64,000 nucleotides of DNA from an uncultured Verrucomicrobiae bacterium (GTDB lineage Bacteria > Verrucomicrobiota > Verrucomicrobiia > Opitutales > JABDGR01), in assembly GCA_963765205.1 (NCBI GenBank), contig CAVXVB010000009.1, forward strand, positions 416,001 to 480,000. The letters are read 5' to 3'. Within the stretch, counting starts at the first letter, position 1, and each line of letters begins with the position of its first letter. Both the position numbers and the translations under genes were made by a program. Under the pieces are notes generated by a model that did not search any database, had not been told where the DNA came from, and saw nothing but the letters and a program-made list of their open reading frames with translations. This document shows, one piece after another, positions 1 through 10,304 of this stretch.

Positions 1-372
1 CCCCTCCGCAACTACGGGGCGCTGACGAACCCGGCGGTGGTCAAGGTGGTGCGCGGGGCGGACGGGCGCGCGTGGTATTTTTCGCGCTCGCCGATTCCGC
101 ACCTGCGCGGCGTGCCGATGGAGCAATGGCCCGCGCGCGGCCTGCATTGGGGTCACCTCGGCGTTTACGGTTACGCGCGCGCGAAGCTCGCCGCTTACTC
201 CTCTTTGCCCGAAAGCCCGCTCGAAGCCGTCGAGGCGCTCGAGCAACTCCGCTTCCTTGAAGCCGGCTGGCGCATCCAGACGGTGGAAACGCAATACCAC
301 GTCGTCGCCATTGACACCCCCGAGGATTTGGCGCGCGCACGCGCATTACTCGCCCCCTCCACGGTGGCCTGA
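1..372 (+). CDS. kdsB: 3-deoxy-manno-octulosonate cytidylyltransferase (CMP-Kdo synthetase), 5'-truncated by window edge
   Basis: Frame open from base 1; motifs NPAVVKVV, YFSRSPIP, HLGVYGY, LEAVEALEQLRFLEAG, IDTPEDL. Confidence 0.93.
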   Translation, partial: PLRNYGALTNPAVVKVVRGADGRAWYFSRSPIPHLRGVPMEQWPARGLHWGHLGVYGYARAKLAAYSSLPESPLEAVEALEQLRFLEAGWRIQTVETQYHVVAIDTPEDLARARALLAPSTVA

Positions 373-374
373 TT

Positions 375-1364
375 ATGAAGAAAACAACCAAAACATTCTC
401 CAAATCCAAGACACTGGCATGCGGGCGCGCTGTCTTGTCCGCCGAAACCCAGGCGTTGCAGGCCGCCACCACGCGCCTCGACGACCAATTCTCGCGCGTG
501 GTTGAGATGATTTATCATGCGCCGGGCCGGGTGGTTGTCGTCGGCCTGGGCAAATCCGGGTTGGTGGCGCACGCCATCGCGGCCACGCTGTGCAGCCTCG
601 GCACCGCCGCAGTGTATTTGCACGCGGGCGAGGCCGCACACGGCGACATCGGCGTGGTCGGCCGCGGCGATGTGGTGATTTTGGTTTCGAAAAGCGGCGC
701 CACCCCGGAATTGGTCCGTCTGGCGCCCGTGTTGCGCGCGCTCGGCGCGAAGCTGGTTGCGCTCACCGGCCATTTGCAATCGCCGTTGGCGCGGGAGGCC
801 GATGCCATTCTGGACGCCTTTGTCGAGCGCGAGGCCGACCCCTTGGGCCTCGCGCCCACGAGCAGCGCCCTCGTCGCGCTTGCCCTCGGCCATGCGCTGG
901 CGGCGGCCCTCGCGCAGGTCCGCGGATTTTCCGCGGAGGATTTCGCGCGTACGCACCCGTCGGGCCAGTTGGGCCGCAATCTTTTGCTGCGCGTGGCCGA
1001 CGTGATGCACGGCCTCGACGAAATCGCCGTCACCGCGACCGGAGACAAAATGCGCGACGCGGTGGTTGCGATGACACACCGGCCGCACGGCGCCGCCTGC
1101 GTGGTCGGCCCGCGCCAAAAACTGTTGGGGTTGGTGACGGACGGCGACGTGCGCCGCGCCCTGCAAAAGCATGAGGACATCCGTCCGCTGACAGTCGCGG
1201 ACGTGATGACGGCCCATCCAATCAGCATCATGCCCGAGACGCTGTTGGGTGACGCCCTGCGCTTGATGGAAGACCGCCCTTCGCAAATTTCCGTTTTGCC
1301 GGTGGTGGACGCAAAGGGCCGCTGCCTCGGTCTGCTGCGTTTGCATGACATCTACCAACATTAG
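375..1364 (+). CDS. kdsD: KpsF/GutQ arabinose-5-phosphate isomerase (SIS + 2 CBS domains)
   Basis: GLGKSG, EAAHGDIG, SKSGAT, EADPLGLAPTSS, HPSGQLG, C-terminal CBS pair; next to kdsB. Confidence 0.92.
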   Translation: MKKTTKTFSKSKTLACGRAVLSAETQALQAATTRLDDQFSRVVEMIYHAPGRVVVVGLGKSGLVAHAIAATLCSLGTAAVYLHAGEAAHGDIGVVGRGDVVILVSKSGATPELVRLAPVLRALGAKLVALTGHLQSPLAREADAILDAFVEREADPLGLAPTSSALVALALGHALAAALAQVRGFSAEDFARTHPSGQLGRNLLLRVADVMHGLDEIAVTATGDKMRDAVVAMTHRPHGAACVVGPRQKLLGLVTDGDVRRALQKHEDIRPLTVADVMTAHPISIMPETLLGDALRLMEDRPSQISVLPVVDAKGRCLGLLRLHDIYQH

Positions 1365-2935
1365 TGGACATGACTGCGGCGCATGACACGGCGGTGACGC
1401 CCACCTTGCGGGGCCAGTTCCCCACGCGGCCGGCGGCAGTCACGCCCCCGAGCCGCCGTGAATCCGCGGTGTTTGTTTTGGCGGGTACGGCCCTCGTTTT
1501 GCCGCCCTGGCTGGTCGGCGCGTGGGACAACTGGGCGCAATGGGCGACGCTCGCACTGGCGGCGCTCGCTTTCGCGGCGCTCTTTGCACCGATGTTCGAT
1601 TACCGCGCGTGGCCGCCTTCGCCTGCTGCGCGCGCGACGTGGGCACGCCTGGCGAAGTTTCCGATTTTTTGGATCGGACTGGCGATTCTGGTTTACGGCG
1701 CGCTCGCGGCGATCAACCCTTCGCGGAGACTGGTCGTGGCGGAAGACCAGCAGTGGCTGGAGGATCTGCCGCATGTCCCGTGGCTGCCGCATAGCATTGC
1801 CGCGCCATTTTGGCCGATGAACGCCTGGCGCGCGTTGATGATTTTCGCACCCGCCTGGCTGGCCACCTGTGCGGTTTGGGCTGGTCTCGAAACGGAGCAG
1901 GCTTGGCGGCGCTTGCTTGGCGCGGTAGCGGTAAATGGCACCTTGCTGGCCTTGCTCGGCATGGCCCAGCGATTGAGCGGCACACGTTATATGTTCTGGA
2001 TGTTTGACCCACTGCCCAACAGCCTTACGCCAGATTTTTTTGGCAGCTTTATCTACGCCGGGCATGCGGCTGCTTGGATGGCGCTGGCCTTCGGCGCGGC
2101 CGCAGCCATGATGGACCACCGCCTGCGCCGGCGCGATCCGCACAGGCCGCCGCGCGCTTGGGGCTGGCCCTCGCTAACGGCGTGGGTTTGGCTCGAAGCG
2201 CTCGTGGTCATCCTCGTGGCGCTGAGTTTGTTTGTGAAACCGGACTTTTGGGCGCTCGCGCCGGGCGGCGTGCTGGTGGTGTGCGCCTTTCTCTGGTTGG
2301 CCCGTTGGTGGCGCGCGGGTCAAAAACGGCGCGCGGCGCTCTATGCGCTGCCCACATTATTTTTCATGGCGCTCCTGTTGTTGGCCACCAGCACCGCGCT
2401 CCTGTTGTGGCGTCAAGGCGGCGGGGGCGAGACGCTGGAAGTCAACCCGCTTGATCCGGCCCTGCCCGTGCGCTACGCGATCGCGCGGACCACGGCGGGC
2501 ATGATCCGGCAAGAGCCGGTGTTCGGGTGGGGGCCCGGCGGTTTCCGCTATGTTTCGCCGTATTATTTAATCAGCAATCCGGATTTTTCCGACCCGCGGC
2601 ATATCGGGGAATTGCGCTACAACTCCCACTACGCGGAGAGTGACTGGGTGCAAATTCCCGCCGAATGGGGCATGTTGGGCGCGGGCTTGTTTGCCGCGGC
2701 GCTGGCGTGGTGGACGTGGCAAGCCTGGACGCTGCGCCGCCTGCTACCTGGTGAATCATGGATTATTTTGGGCGCAGTCGCGCTAATATTCGCCGGGGCG
2801 TGGGCCGACTGCCCCTTGTATAATCCCGCGGTCTTGATTGCCGTGGGTGTGTTGCTGGCCACGGCCGTGAAGCTTGGCGAAATGGCCGGGCGCCCACGCC
2901 CTACATTGAGTCATGTGATTGTCGCCTGCCCATGA
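1364..2935 (+). CDS. O-antigen ligase / O-oligosaccharyltransferase-like membrane protein (paralog 1)
   Basis: Many TM helices; FGWGPGGF...YAESDWVQIPAEWGMLG (Wzy_C-like region). Confidence 0.75.
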   Translation: MDMTAAHDTAVTPTLRGQFPTRPAAVTPPSRRESAVFVLAGTALVLPPWLVGAWDNWAQWATLALAALAFAALFAPMFDYRAWPPSPAARATWARLAKFPIFWIGLAILVYGALAAINPSRRLVVAEDQQWLEDLPHVPWLPHSIAAPFWPMNAWRALMIFAPAWLATCAVWAGLETEQAWRRLLGAVAVNGTLLALLGMAQRLSGTRYMFWMFDPLPNSLTPDFFGSFIYAGHAAAWMALAFGAAAAMMDHRLRRRDPHRPPRAWGWPSLTAWVWLEALVVILVALSLFVKPDFWALAPGGVLVVCAFLWLARWWRAGQKRRAALYALPTLFFMALLLLATSTALLLWRQGGGGETLEVNPLDPALPVRYAIARTTAGMIRQEPVFGWGPGGFRYVSPYYLISNPDFSDPRHIGELRYNSHYAESDWVQIPAEWGMLGAGLFAAALAWWTWQAWTLRRLLPGESWIILGAVALIFAGAWADCPLYNPAVLIAVGVLLATAVKLGEMAGRPRPTLSHVIVACP

Positions 2936-4535
2936 AATTTTCCGTTCGAAAAGCCCGCCCCGGTGTGGACGACGCCCCGGCATTTTCATATCCAGCGTGA
3001 ACCGCGCGACATTCCAAACCGCAGTGGCTTCCCCCTCTGCTGCGATTCCGCCCGAAAAAACGGCCGTCAGCAGCGTGGAGCGTGCCGTGACGGGCTTGGT
3101 TTGCTCCTGGGTCGTCATTGTGCCGTGGCTGCTGGGAGGCTGGTTATGGTGGGTCCAGGTGCTCAGCGCAGTGGTCGCTGCGGTTGCGTTCGGATTGGCG
3201 GTGCGTCCCTCGGATAACCGGCGCACTCTGTGGCGGTTCCCGGTTTTCTGGCTCGGACTGCTGTTTTTGGGCTACATCCTTTGCCAGGCGCTAAATCCCT
3301 GGGGCGGGGCCGTGCAGAGGATTTCGCCGAAAGTGGGTCCGGTCAATGTGTGGGATGTCACGACACAGCCGCATTTGGCTTGGCTGCCGGCGGGGCTTGA
3401 CGCGAATTACACCCAAATGAGCACTTGGCGAATGCTGGTGTATTGGACTAGCCCATGGCTGCTGGTTTGTGCGTGGTGGGCCGCCGTGCGGCGACGGCGC
3501 AGCGGTCGCCGCCTGGCGTTATGGGTTTTTCTTAATGGCATCGCGACGGCGCTCGTTGTCCTGATGCAGCATGTGCATCCGCCCGCCAAGGTTTTGGGCC
3601 TCTATTGGAACCCTGCGTGGGATCCGACCGCGATGGTCCAACTGACGACCTCGGCGGCCTTTGTGAACCATGACGCGGCAGCAGCGTTCTTGTATCTCTC
3701 GCTAGGCGCGGGGCTGGCGGTAGCGTGCCGACTCCAGACGCGTGCGAGCGACGAGACCCGCGACTCCGGCCTGGCCTGGATCGCTGTGCTTGGGTGTCTG
3801 GTTATACTCGCCAGTTTTTTCGCACTGGGAAGCCGGGCTGGGCTGGTCATTGCGGGGGTGTTGTTTGGGCTGGGATTGGGTGTGATGCTGGCGGCGGCGC
3901 TGGCCCGCGGCGGGCGTTCGCCGGGCGTCTGGCTCGGTGGCGCGGTGCTGGTATTGGCCTTAATTGGTTTGATTAGCTATGAATTGCACGGAGAAAATTC
4001 GGCCACGTTGGCCCGCGAGCAATACCTGCATGACCACCCGGAGGAGGACGTGCGCGCGGTCCTGCGCTTCGAATCGGAGCGGATGCTCCAACCGCATTTT
4101 TGGCTCGGTTGGGGTGCGGGCACCTACCGGTATGTCATTCCGCCTTATTTTTACGCCGACAACGAATTTCAAAGCTCCACCACCTATGGCGGATCCACGG
4201 TCTGGACGGACTACGCGCATTGCGATTGGCTGCAACTGCCGGTGGAATACGGCGTGCTTGGCGCCGGTCTTGCCCTTGCGATGCTGTTCTATTGGTATGG
4301 CCATGCATTATGGCTGGCGCGCACGCTCGGGGCGGCGGGCGTCGTCACGCTCTTGGCGACCACCGGCTTGCTCGCGCACTCGCTGGTGGATTTCCCTCTT
4401 TTTAACTCGGCGGTGCTCCTCTTGTTTTCCCTGCTGCTGGCCTCGACCGTCAAGACCGCGGCGCTCAGTTCGCATCGCCGGGTGCGCCAGGCTTTTCCCG
4501 CTGCGGACTCCGGGCCAGGTCGTGGCAGGAATTAA
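2919..4535 (+). CDS. O-antigen ligase / O-oligosaccharyltransferase-like membrane protein (paralog 2); true start may be further downstream
   Basis: GSRAG, LGWGAGTY, YAHCDWLQLPVEYG, HSLVDFPL motifs. Confidence 0.8.
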   Translation: MSPAHEIFRSKSPPRCGRRPGIFISSVNRATFQTAVASPSAAIPPEKTAVSSVERAVTGLVCSWVVIVPWLLGGWLWWVQVLSAVVAAVAFGLAVRPSDNRRTLWRFPVFWLGLLFLGYILCQALNPWGGAVQRISPKVGPVNVWDVTTQPHLAWLPAGLDANYTQMSTWRMLVYWTSPWLLVCAWWAAVRRRRSGRRLALWVFLNGIATALVVLMQHVHPPAKVLGLYWNPAWDPTAMVQLTTSAAFVNHDAAAAFLYLSLGAGLAVACRLQTRASDETRDSGLAWIAVLGCLVILASFFALGSRAGLVIAGVLFGLGLGVMLAAALARGGRSPGVWLGGAVLVLALIGLISYELHGENSATLAREQYLHDHPEEDVRAVLRFESERMLQPHFWLGWGAGTYRYVIPPYFYADNEFQSSTTYGGSTVWTDYAHCDWLQLPVEYGVLGAGLALAMLFYWYGHALWLARTLGAAGVVTLLATTGLLAHSLVDFPLFNSAVLLLFSLLLASTVKTAALSSHRRVRQAFPAADSGPGRGRN

Positions 4536-4537
4536 TT

Positions 4538-5629
4538 ATGTCAAATTATTACACGGTAATCATGGCGGGAGGCCGGGGCGAGCGTTTCTGGCCCGAAAGC
4601 CTTAAGGCTCGGCCCAAGCACCTCCTGGCGATCGTGGGTGATAAGCCCATGCTTGCTCAAACGGTGGAGCGTTTGAGCGGCTTGGTGCCGACCGAGCGGG
4701 TGTTCGTTTTGACGAATGCGGAGCATGTCGCGGCGGTGCGCGCCGTTTGCCCGGAAATTCCCGCTGAACAAATTATTGGCGAGCCAGTGGGCCGCGACAC
4801 CGCGCCCGCCGCCGCTTTGGCGGCACTGCTGGTGCGGCGTCGCGACCCGGACGGCGTGATGGCGCTGCTGGCGGCCGACGCGGCGATTCACGATGCCGCG
4901 GGTTTTCGCTCGACCATGGAGGCGGCTTTTTCGGCCGCGGCCACGCAGGACTACATTTTCACCGTCGGCGTGCCACCAGCTTTTCCAGCGACGGCTTACG
5001 GCTATTTGCGCTTGGGTCCGAAAGTCGGCGAAAGCATGGGACACTCATGGTTCCATGTGGATAAGTTTGTTGAAAAGCCCGACCGCCCGACTGCCGAACG
5101 TTACCTCAAGGAAGGAACTTATCTTTGGAATGCGGGCATATTCGTCGTGCGCGCCAAGGTGCTTGAAGCCGCTTTGGTCAAGTATGCAACGGTCATCGCC
5201 GACGGGATGAAGGCGGTGGACGCCCTGCTCGACCAAGGGGCTTCCCTCCCCGCCGCGCTGGCGGCGGTCTATCCCGGATTGACGAAGATTTCCGTGGATT
5301 TCGCCGTCATGGAAAAGGCCGCCAATGTCGCGGTTTTCAAAGCGACATTTGATTGGGACGACGTGGGTGAGTGGCCGGCAATTTTCCGCCATGCAGTGAA
5401 AGATCCCGAGGGCAATGTAATTGGGCGGTCTGAGGCTATATTTCATGAGGCCAAAGGAAATATCGTGCGCAGCACCCCCGATCACTTGGTTGCTTTGTTG
5501 GGGGTGAATGATTTGGTCGTGGTGCATACGGACAAGGTCACCCTGGTCTGTCCTCGGGATCGCGCTCAAGAATTAAAGCAATTGCTCCAGAAGCTCGGAG
5601 CAAAACCCGATGGCGCGCAATGGTTATAG
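4538..5629 (+). CDS. manC: Mannose-1-phosphate guanylyltransferase
   Basis: VIMAGGRGERFWPES..PKHLL, EPVGRDTAPA, FVEKP, WNAGIF, SVDFAVME, WDDVGEW. Confidence 0.92.
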   Translation: MSNYYTVIMAGGRGERFWPESLKARPKHLLAIVGDKPMLAQTVERLSGLVPTERVFVLTNAEHVAAVRAVCPEIPAEQIIGEPVGRDTAPAAALAALLVRRRDPDGVMALLAADAAIHDAAGFRSTMEAAFSAAATQDYIFTVGVPPAFPATAYGYLRLGPKVGESMGHSWFHVDKFVEKPDRPTAERYLKEGTYLWNAGIFVVRAKVLEAALVKYATVIADGMKAVDALLDQGASLPAALAAVYPGLTKISVDFAVMEKAANVAVFKATFDWDDVGEWPAIFRHAVKDPEGNVIGRSEAIFHEAKGNIVRSTPDHLVALLGVNDLVVVHTDKVTLVCPRDRAQELKQLLQKLGAKPDGAQWL

Positions 5630-5648
5630 CCATATTTAATCTTCCCTC

Positions 5649-6689
5649 ATGGCGCTTTATTTAATCACCGGAGCGGCGGGCTTTATTGCCTCACGCGTGG
5701 CGGAATTGCTCCTCGCCCAGGGCCATGCCGTGGTCGGAGTGGACAACCTGAACGATTACTACGACGTGCGCCTGAAGGACTACCGCTTGGCGCGCCTAAT
5801 GGGCGATACAACCTGGCAACCCGGCGCGGACGCGCGGCGCTCCCAGTTCGGCGGGCGCGGGCGGCGCACCGCGGGCGGCGGGCGGTTTGTGTTTGAGGCG
5901 GTGGACATTGAGGACCGCGCCGGGTTGGAACAACTTTTCCGCGAATTTCGTTTTGACGCTGTTTTCAACCTCGCGGCGCGGGCTGGCGTGGCCTACAGCG
6001 TCGTTAATCCGCACGTTTACCTCACGACCAACACGCATGGCACACTAAACCTGCTCGAATGCCAGCGCCAGTTTGGCGTAAAGAAAATGGTGCTCGCCTC
6101 GACTTCGTCGCTTTATGCGGGCAGCCCGCTCCCCTTCACCGAGGAGCAACCCGTGAACGCACCGCTCTCGCCGTATGCGGCCTCGAAGAAAGCCGCGGAA
6201 CTTTTTGCCCATAGCTATTCTAAGCTGCACGGCCTCGACATCACCGTCGTGCGCTACTTCACCGTCTTCGGCCCCGCCGGCCGCCCGGACATGAGCATTT
6301 TCCGTTTCATCGAAGCGATTGAGCAGGGCCGGGCGCTCCCGCTGTATGGCGATGGCACCCAGTCGCGTGATTTTACGTTTGTGGACGACATTGCGCGCGG
6401 CACCATCCTTGCCACCCGGCTGCTGGGCTATGAAATCATCAACCTGGGCGGCGGCCGCTCGCCGACGACGCTTGCCGACGTGATCGCCCGTATCGAAAAC
6501 GCGCTGGGCCGGAAGGCAATTATCGCCGGCCATCCGCCCATCGCCGCCGACCTCAAAGCCACGCGCGCCGACATTGCCAAGGCCGCAAACCTCCTGGGTT
6601 GGCAGCCGAAAATCGCCTTTGACGAAGGGCTGGCTGCGACCATCGCCTGGCACCGTGAAAACCGCGGGTGGCTGAAATCCGTATCCTAG
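5649..6689 (+). CDS. NAD-dependent epimerase/dehydratase (UDP-glucuronate 4-epimerase-like)
   Basis: ITGAAGFIA, DNLNDYYDVRLK, LAARAGV, YAASKK, FTVFGPAGRPDM. Confidence 0.88.
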   Translation: MALYLITGAAGFIASRVAELLLAQGHAVVGVDNLNDYYDVRLKDYRLARLMGDTTWQPGADARRSQFGGRGRRTAGGGRFVFEAVDIEDRAGLEQLFREFRFDAVFNLAARAGVAYSVVNPHVYLTTNTHGTLNLLECQRQFGVKKMVLASTSSLYAGSPLPFTEEQPVNAPLSPYAASKKAAELFAHSYSKLHGLDITVVRYFTVFGPAGRPDMSIFRFIEAIEQGRALPLYGDGTQSRDFTFVDDIARGTILATRLLGYEIINLGGGRSPTTLADVIARIENALGRKAIIAGHPPIAADLKATRADIAKAANLLGWQPKIAFDEGLAATIAWHRENRGWLKSVS

Positions 6690-6690
6690 G

Positions 6691-7503
6691 GTGAAAAATT
6701 CCATCGGCATCATGCAAGGCCGGCTTTCCGCATCGTCGCCCGCGGGTCCGCAAGTGTTTCCCGCGGCCACCTGGCGCAGTGAATTTGCCGTGGCTCGTGA
6801 ATTGGACTTCGACACGATTGAATGGCTGGTCGAGGCGGGAAGTTTGGCCGTCAATCCCTTGCTTTCCCCTGCGGGCCGCGCGGAAATTAAGAAAACGGGG
6901 CAAGCCTCCGGGATTCGCATCGCCTCCGCCTGCGCGCATTGTGTTTTGCAATGGCAGCCATTTGCTCCGGATGGCGCCAAGCGCCTGGAGGATTTTTCCA
7001 CCCTGCTCAATGCGGCCGGTGCGGCCGGCCTGGAACGAGTCATCGTGCCCATTCTCGAAGCGGCCACCATTGCCAAGGCAGCGTCGCGGGCCCATGCCGC
7101 CGAAATTTTCCGGCCCGCGGCGCGCGCCGCGGAGCAGGCGAAGGTGGACTTGGCCTTTGAAATGGATCGGCCTGCCGGGGAGTGCCGCGAATTTATTGCC
7201 TGGCTTGACTCGCCCCGCGCGCGCTTGTGCTACGACACCGGCAATGCCACCGCGCTCGGCTATGACATTGTTGAGGAAATCAATCTGTTGCTGCCCTTGG
7301 TCGCGGAAATTCATCTTAAGGATCGGCGCGTGGGTGGCGCGAGCCAGCCGCTGGGTTACGGCGACACGCGCTTCGCGGAGTTTTTCCAGATCATTGCGGA
7401 GCGCGCCTGGGCCGGCCCCTTCGTGCTGGAAACGCCGACCCTGGGCGATCCGCGCGGTCAAGCCCGGCAAAATTTGGCGCGGGTGAAAAAATTCCTGTCA
7501 TGA
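6691..7503 (+). CDS. Sugar-phosphate isomerase/epimerase (xylose-isomerase-like TIM barrel)
   Basis: IGIMQGRLS N-terminus, E...YDTGN...IHLKD...E metal motif. Confidence 0.8.
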   Translation: MKNSIGIMQGRLSASSPAGPQVFPAATWRSEFAVARELDFDTIEWLVEAGSLAVNPLLSPAGRAEIKKTGQASGIRIASACAHCVLQWQPFAPDGAKRLEDFSTLLNAAGAAGLERVIVPILEAATIAKAASRAHAAEIFRPAARAAEQAKVDLAFEMDRPAGECREFIAWLDSPRARLCYDTGNATALGYDIVEEINLLLPLVAEIHLKDRRVGGASQPLGYGDTRFAEFFQIIAERAWAGPFVLETPTLGDPRGQARQNLARVKKFLS

Positions 7504-8546
7504 AACGGTTCACCGTGTTATTCGCAGGCTTGGGCAGCATTGGCCAGCGACACCTTCGCAACCTCATGGCGTTGCTACCCGAACCGCCGCGCGTGCTCGC
7601 CTACCGCACCACCCGGGGCGATCGGATATTGACCGATGATTTGCGCGTTGAAGCCGACACGGGTTTGGCCAAGAAATTTGGCCTCGAAACGTTTTCCGAT
7701 CTCGACGCGGCCCTCGGGCAGCACCCGGATCTCACTTTCGTGACCAATCCAACCAGCCGGCACCTGGCGGTGGCGCTGGCGGCGGCGCGCGCGGGCAGCC
7801 ATTTATTTGTGGAAAAGCCACTCAGCCACGACTGGGCAGGAGTGGAGGATTTGCTGGCCCTCATGGAACGCCCGGGCCGCGTCGGCTGCGTCGGGTATCA
7901 ATTCCGTTTTCATCCAGCGTTTGAGAAAATTGCGCTTTGGGTGCAAGAAGGCCGTTTGGGCAATGTCGCGGCGGTGCGCGCGGAAGTCGGGGAATATATG
8001 CCGGGTTTTCATTCCTACGAGGATTACCGCGGCACTTATCCCGCGCGGGCGGAGTTGGGCGGCGGCGTCGTGCTGTGCCAGATTCACGAATTCGATTTGC
8101 TCTATGCATTGTTCGGCGTACCGGACGAAGTTTTTGCCGTCGGTGGCAAAAACAGCCGGCTCGCCCTCGATGTCGAGGACACAGCGGCGGCGCTATTCCG
8201 CTATCGCCGCGCGGGCTGCGCCGACTTGTCCGCGCAAGTCCACCAGGATTTTCTACAGCGTCCACCTCGCCGAAATTTCCAAATTATCGGCGACGAAGGC
8301 GCGATCTATTGGGATTATCCGGGCAAAACACTGCAATTATTTGGCCCGGAAGGGACGGCGGTTGAATCGCAAAATTTTGCCGATTTGCGGCGCAACCATT
8401 TGTTCATTTCCGAGCTGCAGCACTTTCTTGCCTGCGTGGCCGGGCGCGAGCAGCCGCGCGTCAGTTTGCGTGACGGCGCCCAGAGCCTGCGCCTGGCCTT
8501 GGCAGTGAAACAATCCCTCGCCACGGGCAAGGTCGTTCAACTATGA
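7500..8546 (+). CDS. Gfo/Idh/MocA family oxidoreductase
   Basis: GLGSIGQRH, FVEKPLS, GYQFRFHP, LGGGV..IHEFD, DVED. Confidence 0.88.
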   Translation: MKRFTVLFAGLGSIGQRHLRNLMALLPEPPRVLAYRTTRGDRILTDDLRVEADTGLAKKFGLETFSDLDAALGQHPDLTFVTNPTSRHLAVALAAARAGSHLFVEKPLSHDWAGVEDLLALMERPGRVGCVGYQFRFHPAFEKIALWVQEGRLGNVAAVRAEVGEYMPGFHSYEDYRGTYPARAELGGGVVLCQIHEFDLLYALFGVPDEVFAVGGKNSRLALDVEDTAAALFRYRRAGCADLSAQVHQDFLQRPPRRNFQIIGDEGAIYWDYPGKTLQLFGPEGTAVESQNFADLRRNHLFISELQHFLACVAGREQPRVSLRDGAQSLRLALAVKQSLATGKVVQL

Positions 8547-9304
8547 GCGACAAAAACAGCAACATCCTCGCGCTCATTCCCGCGCGCGGCGGCTCTAAAG
8601 GCATTCCGCGCAAAAACGTGCGCGTGCTGGCTGGGAAACCGCTCATCGCCTATTCGATCGAGCATGCTTTGCGGTCGCGGCGCATCGGGCGCGTCCTCGT
8701 CTCGACCGACGATGAGGAAATCGCCGCCGCCGCGCGCGCCGCCGGCGCCGAGGTGCCTTTTATGCGCCCGGCGGAGTTTGCGCAGGATTTGTCGCCCGAC
8801 CTTGATGTTTTCCGCCATGCTTTGCGCTGGCTGCTTGAGCATGAGAATTACCGGCCCGAATTGGTGGTCCATTTGCGGCCGACCGGCCCGGTGCGCCGGG
8901 TGGAACTTATTGACGAGGCCATCGCCCGGATGCTCGCGACCCCAACGGCGAATGCGCTACGCTCAGTCAGCGTGCCGGCGCTGACGCCCTACAAGATGTG
9001 GCGCATGGAAAACGGCTTCTTGAAGCCGCTTCTGACCGTGCCCGGGGTCAAAGAACCCCACTCCATGCCACGTCAGATGTTGCCGGAAGTTTATTGGCAA
9101 AACGGCTACGTGGACATCGTGCGTGCGCGCACCATCCTCGACCAGAACAGCATGACTGGCGACTTGGTCTTGCCGTTCATTGTGACCGACCGAATTTTTG
9201 AGCTGGACTACGAGGACTCGATCCCCGAGGTCGAGCGCGTGCTCCAGGCGCTGGCGCGCGGCGAGCACGTCTCCTTCGCGCAGGAAAACCGGCCCGCCGT
9301 CTAA
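8543..9304 (+). CDS. neuA: Acylneuraminate (nonulosonate) cytidylyltransferase
   Basis: LIPARGGSKGIPRKN, VSTDD, FMRP, HLRPT, RQ.LP..YWQNG. Confidence 0.9.
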   Translation: MSDKNSNILALIPARGGSKGIPRKNVRVLAGKPLIAYSIEHALRSRRIGRVLVSTDDEEIAAAARAAGAEVPFMRPAEFAQDLSPDLDVFRHALRWLLEHENYRPELVVHLRPTGPVRRVELIDEAIARMLATPTANALRSVSVPALTPYKMWRMENGFLKPLLTVPGVKEPHSMPRQMLPEVYWQNGYVDIVRARTILDQNSMTGDLVLPFIVTDRIFELDYEDSIPEVERVLQALARGEHVSFAQENRPAV

Positions 9305-9411
9305 AGCGGGCCGGGGAAAACTTGACGCTGCCGGCCAGCGCGGATATTTTCCCAATCGGCTCCCTGCGCGACAGCCCACATTTTTTTCACCACCCAACTA
9401 GGATTTTCCCC

Positions 9412-10282
9412 ATGCCCAAAGCCATCACCCTCGGAGACCGCCAGGTCGGCGGCCAGCACGCCTGTTTCATCGTCGCGGAGATTGGCATCAACCACAATGG
9501 CGACCTCGCCCTCGCCAAAAAGCTCATTGATGCCGCGCTGGATGCCGGTTGTGACGCCGTTAAATTCCAGAAGCGCACGGTGGACGTGGTCTACACCAAG
9601 GAGGAACTGGCCAAGCCGCGCGAGAACCCCTTCGGCCCCACGAATGGCGACCTCAAACGCGGCCTCGAATTCGGCAAGACGCAGTTTCAGGAAATTGACC
9701 AGCATTGCCGGGAAAAGGGCATCCTCTGGTTTGCCTCCTGCTGGGACGAGGCCTCCGTGGACTTCATCGAAAAATTCAACCCGCCCTGTTACAAAATTGC
9801 CTCGGCCAGCCTGACGGACGACGAACTGCTGCGCCACCACCGCCGGACCGGCCGGCCCCTCATCCTCTCCACCGGCATGAGCACGCTGGCGCAAGTCGAC
9901 CACGCCCTCGAAGTCCTGGGCAAAAATGATTTAATTCTGTTGCACACCAACAGCACCTACCCCTCGAAGCTCGAGGAATTGAACATTCGCACCCTGCTAA
10001 CGCTCGCGGAACGCTACGGCGTGCCCACTGGTTATTCGGGCCACGAAGTCGGTCTAGCGCCGTCGGTGGGTGCGGACCGCCATCGGTGCGTGCCTGCTCG
10101 AACGGCACATCACCCTCGACCGGGCGATGTGGGGCAGCGACCAGGCGGCCTCCGTCGAGCCGCAAGGTTTTGCGCGCCTCGTGCGTGATGTGCGCGCCAT
10201 CGAAATGAGCTTTGGGGATGGAGTGAAGCGCGTTTATGACAGCGAAGTGCCGATCATGAAAAAGCTGCGCCGCAAAGGTTGA
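9412..10282 (+). CDS. neuB: NeuB-family nonulosonate synthase, short form without C-terminal SAF domain; +1 frameshift near 10075
   Basis: AEIGINHNGD, KFQKRT, KIASA, LSTGM, GYSGHE in one frame; IGACLLERHITLDRAMWGSDQ continues in the next frame to TGA 10282. Confidence 0.88.
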
Positions 10283-10304
10283 ATCCGACGAATTTAATTT
10301 CCCC

